From: Candidatus Nanopelagicales bacterium
GTDB taxonomy: Bacteria > Actinomycetota > Actinomycetes > S36-B12
DNA length: 64,000 nt
Direction of reading: 5' to 3'
Assembly: GCA_018609125.1 (NCBI GenBank)
Contig: JABAYF010000002.1
Span: 25,540 to 89,539 of the forward strand
Below, piece by piece: positions 61,470 through 64,000 of this stretch (position 1 is its first letter; every line of letters starts with the position of its first letter). The position numbers and the translations under genes were made by a program. The notes beneath the pieces are model-generated. The model did not search any database and had not been told where the DNA came from. It worked only from the letters and a program-made list of their open reading frames with translations.

Positions 61470-62283
61470 GGTAACCCAATCGTTTCATTACCGGCCCGTG
61501 ATCGAGGCAGACTCGGTCGATAGTCTCGGCATCGACTTCCCATTTCCATGCTTCAGCTTCTCCTCGACGGAAGAAAGACGCACCGGGGCGGGCAGCCTCG
61601 CTGAAACCCTCAAATATTTCTCGGGCGGCCAACGACGAGAACTCACACGCCTGTGTTGCGTTTGCAATGTCCTCGGCGGTGGTGGACATGTCCATGAAAT
61701 CAGCCATCCGAGCTAGTTCGCGTTCAGGCTCTAAGAGCATGTCTTCGTATCGCACCATCAGCAGTGGCAGGGTGCAATCGTCAAGCCAGGACGTCACATG
61801 TTCAGACCACGAGACCAAATCCTGCTCACCATGAGCATCCGGGAGTCCATTTTCGACTTTTGTCATGCCCATGACCTCCACCGCTTCCTCCATACCCACG
61901 CCAAGATGGTGTGCCCAACTGGCAACGACAGCTCGGGGATCCCGCACGATATAAATTACCTTCGCATGTGGTGGTTGCCATGGAATGGGAAAACCATCAG
62001 CTGCCACCGACCACGACCGATGAGTCTTTCGCCGGATCACCGCACCGTGACTGGGTCGATAAACCGCCCAGGATAGACGCAACATGCTTGCGGTCTCAGC
62101 ATCAGAAAGGTCTCCAAGAGGTACGCCCAGGGAGGAGTCCATGCGGTCGTGCGTGCCAGATTTATTCAGCGAATTGAAGTCCGGCTGCTGTCCAGACTCC
62201 AAAGCGTCTAACTGTGCGCGGACCCAGGTGTTTCCTGACTTCGGATAGGAAGCTAACCAGGTGGTTGCACTGGTAATTGTCAT
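61462..62283 (-). CDS. sulfotransferase domain protein
   Basis: 5'-PSB motif SYPKSGNTW, 3'-PB motif RDPRAVVAS and a FFRRGEAEAWKWE block. Confidence 0.85.
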   Translation of the reverse strand: MTITSATTWLASYPKSGNTWVRAQLDALESGQQPDFNSLNKSGTHDRMDSSLGVPLGDLSDAETASMLRLSWAVYRPSHGAVIRRKTHRSWSVAADGFPIPWQPPHAKVIYIVRDPRAVVASWAHHLGVGMEEAVEVMGMTKVENGLPDAHGEQDLVSWSEHVTSWLDDCTLPLLMVRYEDMLLEPERELARMADFMDMSTTAEDIANATQACEFSSLAAREIFEGFSEAARPGASFFRRGEAEAWKWEVDAETIDRVCLDHGPVMKRLGYLT

Positions 62284-63080
62284 AGAACCTCGACCAACTG
62301 TTCATTGATCGCTCGGGCGAGCGCGGGCGGCCCAAACAGTGGTATCTCATCCATTGATTGGGGGTGGCTGCGAACAAACATCCATGACGGGAGAGCCGAA
62401 ACGTGATCCAAAAGTGATGCCGGCACCGGTACTGCGCTCAATGCGTGAGATCGCAGACGAGAGGAAAAAAGTGAGTGCTGCCAACTACTCATTGGGTACA
62501 CCATGATTTTGGTTAGACCGCCAGACACCTTCAGCAGGACACCGGCGGTCAAAGTGCAATCGCCAGCGCCAGGAACCGTGACGTCTACCCGATCAGTTGC
62601 GGTATCTCGAAGAGATCTGGGCAAGTCCGTAAAGAGCCGTTCGGCCACACGTGTGTCGATGGCCGCCCGGGGTTGTTGCCCAAGAGCGACTCCTTGATCA
62701 TCGATGATCGTGAATCCATCACTGAGCAGCTTGAATCCTGATCGAGTGAGTTGTAACGCGGTGGTTGAGCAGCCCATCCGGGACGCGCCAACAATGGCAA
62801 CAGCTCGACCATCTCGAGCCACGGTTGCTCCCGGCAGCACAATGCATCCTTGAAAGACGTACCACTGACCTGTTGCCCAGTTGCCCAACCTGGCCCACGT
62901 GCGGCCGATGCTGGCCTCATCTGGAGCGCGGACGCTAATCTCACTCGCTGTGATTTCGACACAACCAAGCCCTGGCAGCCCCATCGTTATTTGGTTGTCC
63001 GTGACGTGCCAAAGTGGAAGTGGGCCATCAGCCACCATCGGTCCATCGACGTGCTTGATCTGCGGCTGAAGGCGAGGCAT
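62280..63080 (-). CDS. HPr-kinase-like (HprK C-terminal domain-type) protein with degenerate P-loop
   Basis: LPGATVARDGRAVAIVGASRMGCSTTALQL aligns to the HprK-type block LHAS-V...G-x-S-G-x-G-K-S-T with Lys replaced by Cys. ATGA overlap with the sulfotransferase gene. Confidence 0.55.
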   Translation of the reverse strand: MPRLQPQIKHVDGPMVADGPLPLWHVTDNQITMGLPGLGCVEITASEISVRAPDEASIGRTWARLGNWATGQWYVFQGCIVLPGATVARDGRAVAIVGASRMGCSTTALQLTRSGFKLLSDGFTIIDDQGVALGQQPRAAIDTRVAERLFTDLPRSLRDTATDRVDVTVPGAGDCTLTAGVLLKVSGGLTKIMVYPMSSWQHSLFSSRLRSHALSAVPVPASLLDHVSALPSWMFVRSHPQSMDEIPLFGPPALARAINEQLVEVL

Positions 63081-64000
63081 TAGTTCCCTCGCGACATGAG
63101 CGGCTCGCCATCTCCAACTATGGAAAACTCTTGATCGCTGTCGACCAGTCCGATACCAAATAGAGCTTGATGTGCTCTCAGCGACAGATTGATTCCATCC
63201 AAGAGTTCGGCGATGGATCCGAGTTCGACTGCTTCGACGTAAGCGCTGAGATCATCGGGCATTTCCCAAGTACCCAGCGCCGCCATCGACCTAAACGATT
63301 GTTCAATCGTGGGCGAGGGCGAAAAGGTGATTCCTTCAGCGGCTGACTTCTGAAAAGCGGTTGCATCCCTTTGAGACTGGTAACGACCACTCAAACGAAG
63401 ATGATTGAGATACGGGGTGGTGATCTCACCGAGTCGAGATCGAGCCAACCAACTATTTTCTAATCTCTCAATCAACGCTTGGCCCATGATCAGATCGCGC
63501 AATTGGTCGGGGTCAAGGTCAACGCTATTCGCCCATTCATCCAAGCCATCCGCGCTGACCTGAACCTGTCGAGCCAAATTGTCACGTGCTAACGAGCACT
63601 CCTCAACCGTGGGGAGCCCTCCGAGCCAAACCGAAAACTTAGTTAGGACGAGTCTGGTCTTGGCTACGCGCATATCGGCAGCAAAGTTGGGATCATGTAG
63701 TGCGCCGTACCGCCGAATGCGATCAAATGTGACGGAAACTCCATCCGTGGAAGTGACGGCAATATCTCGAGCTAGCGTTGCGGTAAATACCCCGGAGATG
63801 ACCGTCTTCGGTCGCGCTTCGATGGGCATCGGACCTTCGGGTAGTTGCTGCATCTGCTGAAGTAGTGCGATTGCATCGGAACGCTTAGGATCGACCGCTT
63901 TTGTGCGAACAAATTCACGCAGTCTGAGTACGCGGTCAGGAGCAAATCCCATCTCGATGGTGTCGGCAATTACGGTGCTCAGTCGACGATCTGGGAACCA
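63080..64000 (-). CDS. uncharacterised protein, 5'-truncated by the window edge (possibly TfuA-like N-terminal region outside the window)
   Basis: The reading frame stays open upstream of the ORF-track ATG (63952) to nt 64000 (WFPDRRLSTVIADTIE MGFAP...). Its stop overlaps the HprK-like start as TAATG. Confidence 0.5.
   Translation of the reverse strand, partial: WFPDRRLSTVIADTIEMGFAPDRVLRLREFVRTKAVDPKRSDAIALLQQMQQLPEGPMPIEARPKTVISGVFTATLARDIAVTSTDGVSVTFDRIRRYGALHDPNFAADMRVAKTRLVLTKFSVWLGGLPTVEECSLARDNLARQVQVSADGLDEWANSVDLDPDQLRDLIMGQALIERLENSWLARSRLGEITTPYLNHLRLSGRYQSQRDATAFQKSAAEGITFSPSPTIEQSFRSMAALGTWEMPDDLSAYVEAVELGSIAELLDGINLSLRAHQALFGIGLVDSDQEFSIVGDGEPLMSRGN

Overview
The window is high-GC Gram-positive (Actinomycetota) chromosomal DNA, densely coding on both strands. 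No searches were run. Calls rest on motifs I could read in the supplied translations, recalled family signatures, gene order and local DNA inspection, and several start codons are my own judgement.

Gene content by block:
- 1-5.3 kb: PlsC-type acyltransferase, PLP decarboxylase with a strong intrinsic terminator, a membrane alpha/beta hydrolase and a BldC-like regulator.
- 5.4-18.7 kb: an envelope and exoenzyme block. It holds a GT4 priming transferase, a sugar epimerase, two secreted S8 proteases flanking a MarR-MFS pair, a penicillin/AHL-type Ntn acylase, a GT11 fucosyltransferase and a second Abhydrolase_9 paralog.
- 18.7-28.7 kb: a degenerate Fic-like protein, a deacetylase-like protein, acs and a seven-function mrpA-G cation/proton antiporter operon.
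- 28.9-44 kb: a block collinear, from memory, with M. tuberculosis Rv3669-Rv3683. It runs holin-like, EphE-like, MarP, Nudix, Nth fused to a TlpA-like redoxin, Crp, MBL hydrolase, Nudix, RidA, DUF4177, two ArsA/Get3-like ATPases, WhiB4, a class A PBP, YqeY and a metallophosphoesterase.
- 44-49.1 kb: tRNA-Pro, asd, lysC with a nested beta-subunit start, recR, dnaX, SRP RNA and tRNA-Ser.
- 49.2-58.8 kb: LytR_C protein, ROK kinase, an unusual Ser-x-x triplet-repeat ORF, CD225 protein, lipoprotein, IcmF, an orphan secreted protein, thioesterase, MaoC dehydratase and AlkA.
- 58.9-64.0 kb: a visibly more AT-rich island with a LuxR regulator, an M20 peptidase and a translationally coupled operon of sulfotransferase, HPr-kinase-like protein and a truncated large ORF, cut by the window edge.

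I saw no CRISPR array, rRNA, transposase or integrase.

The most interesting items are:
- the 23x Ser-x-x repeat ORF with its mirrored antisense ORF
- the truncated RiPP-tailoring-like operon in the low-GC island
- the in-frame Nth-TlpA fusion with an internal SD/GTG/lipobox
- candidate operators upstream of bldC and whiB4
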